Assembly (NCBI RefSeq): GCF_004010195.1
Contig: NC_057754.1
Span: 3,037,649-3,101,648 of the forward strand
Origin: Chiloscyllium plagiosum
Taxonomy: Eukaryota
Direction: 5' to 3'
DNA: 64,000 bases
Shown: positions 60,736 to 64,000 of the stretch, in pieces
Numbering within the stretch: position 1 is the first letter of the stretch
Layout of the letters: each line of letters opens with the position of its first letter
Notes under the pieces: generated by a model
What the model was told of the DNA's origin: nothing
The model's database searches: none
Seen by the model: only the letters and a program-made list of their open reading frames with translations
Program-made: the position numbers and the translations under genes

Positions 60736-62820
60736 CATCCAAGTGCATAGATAAAAGTTACAGGAGTGTCATAAACAGACATTAGTACAATACAAACCAT
60801 CCTCATGAGTCTCACTCACCTATGGAACTATCTTAATGCCAAAGCATTATCATTTTGTTCAAAAATAACACTACAGCGTAAGGATAATCTCAGAGAACAT
60901 GCCGCCTTAAGAGGCACATGATCATATATCCACTTCGGATTTCACGTCTCATTTTGGCAATTACAAACCCAAAGGAGCTTTTCAGCAACCTCAAAATTCC
61001 CCCTCTACCCCTTTTCAAGGTGTTGCTTGAAACCCTGCTGTTTGACAGAGCTCTCCGTCGCCTGTCCATACGTGATACCCCACCTCAGCTTTGTCATGTA
61101 CTTGGCCATTTGGGGGTGTTTCATCACAGCTAAGACGCTACGTAAGTGCAAGTAGTTGACAACATCTGATCAAAGCAGCCCGATACACGTTGGTTTGGTT
61201 CCTACTAAGTCCAGTGACCAAGGTGGATGGTGGGGTGGGGTATGGATTCTAAAGACAAGCATGGGGACAGAGGGAGACATGGAGGCGGTTTTTTTGTTTC
61301 AGGCTGCCATAACTCAACCTCCCTAAACAGTGAGGCTGAAACAGTGGAATCCAGGTGCATTTTTGGTTGAAGTTAGTAATCGAGGATTGAAATGATAATA
61401 CTGTTGTTATTTATTGCTTGTGACACAGTGTTGCCAGACAGCAGCAAAGTCTTTTAGTAATGCTTTCAAAGCAAGTATTGATTTTAATGCCGTTCCGAAA
61501 GCTCATGTGTGTTTAACACCTGGGGTGGTGGTGGGGGAGGGGGTAGTTATGTTCACCCAGCCCACATGTACATGGATACACATCAACATTCGCTTCATAG
61601 AGAAGCTGCCAGGCTGGAACTATGTACAGTTGTCAAGGTGGGTGGGGGGGGTGGTGAGAAGAGAGCTTTCTTTGGGGTGGTGTTGGGGAGAGGAGGCCAT
61701 AAGAAATGGCCGACTTTGGCCTTTGGGCTCAACATGAGAGCAGCCTTTAGGTGTAAAAGAAAAACCCATTTACTGTGCCCCCTCACCCCTCCTCAATGGT
61801 TTTTATTCTGGTGCTGTTGTGAATCATTGGCAACTCGGGATGGTTACCTGGAGGAAGGTACATGGGCTGTGGTGCTGGCAGAGGGGTCTGTTGTGGACAA
61901 GCAGCCCAACTATGCCAGTGTGGTGCACGTATCCCACAGCAACAGATGCCCTCACACCCAGAATCTAGAGCACAAACGAACTTTGTTCCTCTCGCACCTC
62001 TCCGGAAAGATGGAGAATTACTTTGAGTTTTCCCAGACAGGAAGAGACGAGGTTTGGTTGCCCTATTCTCCACCTGCTCAGAGCGAGGCCAGCGGCGAGT
62101 CTCCAGGCAACAGTACACACCTCCCTCCCATCCATCGCCCGACATCAGGGCAGGGACACCCTGAGGACCACTCAGTCGCCTTCCCCTGACATCGATGGTG
62201 ACACCGAGGCCCACAGCAGCTCCCACACTCATTGTAATGAGCTGGCGATGGTCTAAATGGTATTAATCACTGGACTGTTATTCCAGAGATGAACAGCGTG
62301 GTGCTGGAAAAGCACAGCCGGTCAGGCAGCATCCGAGGACCTGGAGAATCGACATTTCTGGCATTAGCCCTTCACCAGCTTGAAATGTCGATTCTCCTGC
62401 TCCTTGGATGCTGCCTGACCGGCTGTGCTTTTCCAGCATCACACTTTTCGGACTCTGATCTCCAGCGCTCACTTTCTCCCTGTCAGTCCAGAGACCCAGG
62501 TAACGTCCCAGGGACCCAGGTTCAAATCCTGTCACTGCAGGTGGTGGAATTTTAATATTACATGTGACTCCAGACCCCCAGTGACGTGGGTGACTCAAAT
62601 GCCTTCTGGGCAATAAATGCCAGCCTAGCCAACTATGTCCATGTCATACAAAATGACTTTTTTTTAAAAAATGCTGGAGCAGCAGGAGCACTGACAGGTT
62701 AATTCTCTCCGCACCAGGGGCGGAGAGTAAATAAAGGTGATTCCACCTGAACTGGGCAGAGGTATCAAAGAAATACAATGCGTCAAAGGAGCCCCCAAGA
62801 GCACTTACCTCAGATATCCT

Positions 62821-62855
<35 letters not shown>

Positions 62856-63195
62856 TGAATACAAAATTTTTGCAGATAATACTTGCCTCGATGATTGCAT
62901 TAAAAAAATGCAAGAATGAAAACACAGGTAAGGGATTCACTCTACACTGGACAAGAACTGGGACTGCAAAGCAGATAACTGGCAGATTGTGGAACTTTCG
63001 GAGGAATTTGGCGGATGGTTCAGAGGTAGTACTGTAGCGTATTCAGGAAGAGCCCCGAAATGGGGAAATCCATGTTTTGGTCAGTGTTGGTTGGCAAGCC
63101 GGTGGTCCTCGGGGAGTATGAGTATCGAACAGTGAGGAATAGGCCAGTTGGATGTCCTGTCTCTTTCTCTCTCCCTCTCTGGGTCACATTCATCC

Positions 63196-63249
63196 TCAGA
63201 AGAGCTGGATCATGGATTCCCGGGCCTGGCCTATTCCAATCCATTTAAA
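63196..63249 (-). pseudogene. ADSS: Adenylosuccinate synthetase-like, final exon with +1 frameshift
   Basis: ctgacag|TTTAAATGGATTGGA...: KWIGIGQARESMIQLF* matches the vertebrate ADSS C-terminus, but an extra T makes the spliced frame ATT TAA. Confidence 0.88.
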
Positions 63250-63580
63250 CTGTCAGGGTAAAAGAGGGGACGGAGGTTAAAACGGGGTTGGGGTAAACAC
63301 ACACAATTCTTCTGACACCAGAGCGAAAATGAGTGGAGAGCGAACCCATGCCCAACAACTCAAACTAATCACCTCAAACACAAGAGAAATCCACATTCTC
63401 AAACTGCTTCCCCTCACCACACCCCACAAATCTCTGTAACCAGAAAGAATGCCAGTTAGTGTCTCTCCTTGGTCTCAGAACAGATTGGTGTAACTCAGGC
63501 CCCCGGTGAGTCAGAGTGTTGGGGGGGAAAAAAAAAAATCAATCACTCCCTCAGCCCGCACACTCCACCCCGAAACTCAC

Positions 63581-63730
63581 TCGGCACCCCGACATGCTCC
63601 TCGATGAAGTGCACGTAACCCCTGGCGTTCTCAGGCAGCTCAGTGAAACTCCCCGCCTCCTTCGGGCTGCTCTTCCACCCGGCCAGGGTCACATACTCAA
63701 CCTGCACTTAGTGCAGCACCTCCTGGTTGG
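63581..63730 (-). pseudogene. ADSS: Adenylosuccinate synthetase-like, penultimate exon with in-frame TAA
   Basis: ttttctctccgcag|ANQEVLH*VQVEYVTLAGWKSSPKEAGSFTELPENARGYVHFIEEHVGVP|gtgagt; TAA at 63708-63710. Confidence 0.9.
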
Positions 63731-63809
63731 CTGCGGAGAGAAAAACAAGGTGGGAGGTCAGGGAGAGAGCAGCTCAGAGCTTCAGCCAGAAAGAGGACAG
63801 TCTCACAGA

Positions 63810-63986
63810 CATCGGTTTCCTCCCACAGTCCAAAGATGTGCAGGTCAGGGTGAATTGGCCATGCTAAATTGCCCGTAGTGTTAGGTAAGGGGTAAATGTA
63901 GGGGTATGGGTGGGTTGCGCTTCGGCAGGTCAGTGTGGACTTGTTGGGCCGAAGGGCCTGTTTCCACACTGTAATGTAATCTAATC
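63810..63986 (+). mobile_element. 5'-truncated HE1 SINE
   Basis: Core plus GAAGGGCCTGTTTCCACACTGTAATGTAATCTAAT tail. Confidence 0.88.
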
Positions 63987-64000
63987 GCACATAAATACGG

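Noticed and set aside
63516-63878. Plus-strand 120-aa ORF
   Set aside because: Antisense shadow of the ADSS exon running into an HE1 SINE.

Overview
Vertebrate DNA, almost certainly a shark (HE1 SINEs, HER1/CR1 LINEs, DeuSINE remnants, shark-type satellites), from a gapped assembly. Three host genes are visible. (1) A minus-strand multi-exon PLD3/PLD4-family 5'-3' exonuclease gene with both HKD motifs intact: 8 phase-consistent exons at 6303-19650, plus 4 candidate N-terminal exons up to 33449. (2) A plus-strand ZBTB3 with a single coding exon (53572-55146). (3) The last two exons of a minus-strand adenylosuccinate synthetase (ADSS) copy carrying a nonsense codon and a frameshift. PLD-ZBTB3-ADSS mirrors the PLD4-ZBTB42-ADSS1 and PLD5-ZBTB18-ADSS2 blocks, so this is probably a separate ohnologous block (pld7-like gene plus a decaying extra ADSS). 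A CpG island between the divergent PLD and ZBTB3 genes (~41400-42060) is bracketed by a five-copy CTCF-motif array on the left and a ~24-unit 33-bp MYB/CCAAT array on the right. The remainder is CR1, Penelope and SINE debris, including several families of short Penelope-derived, TSD-flanked elements with minimal hammerhead ribozyme cores, and a tRNA-Cys pseudogene fused head-to-tail with an HE1 SINE. All calls were made by eye; no searches were run.
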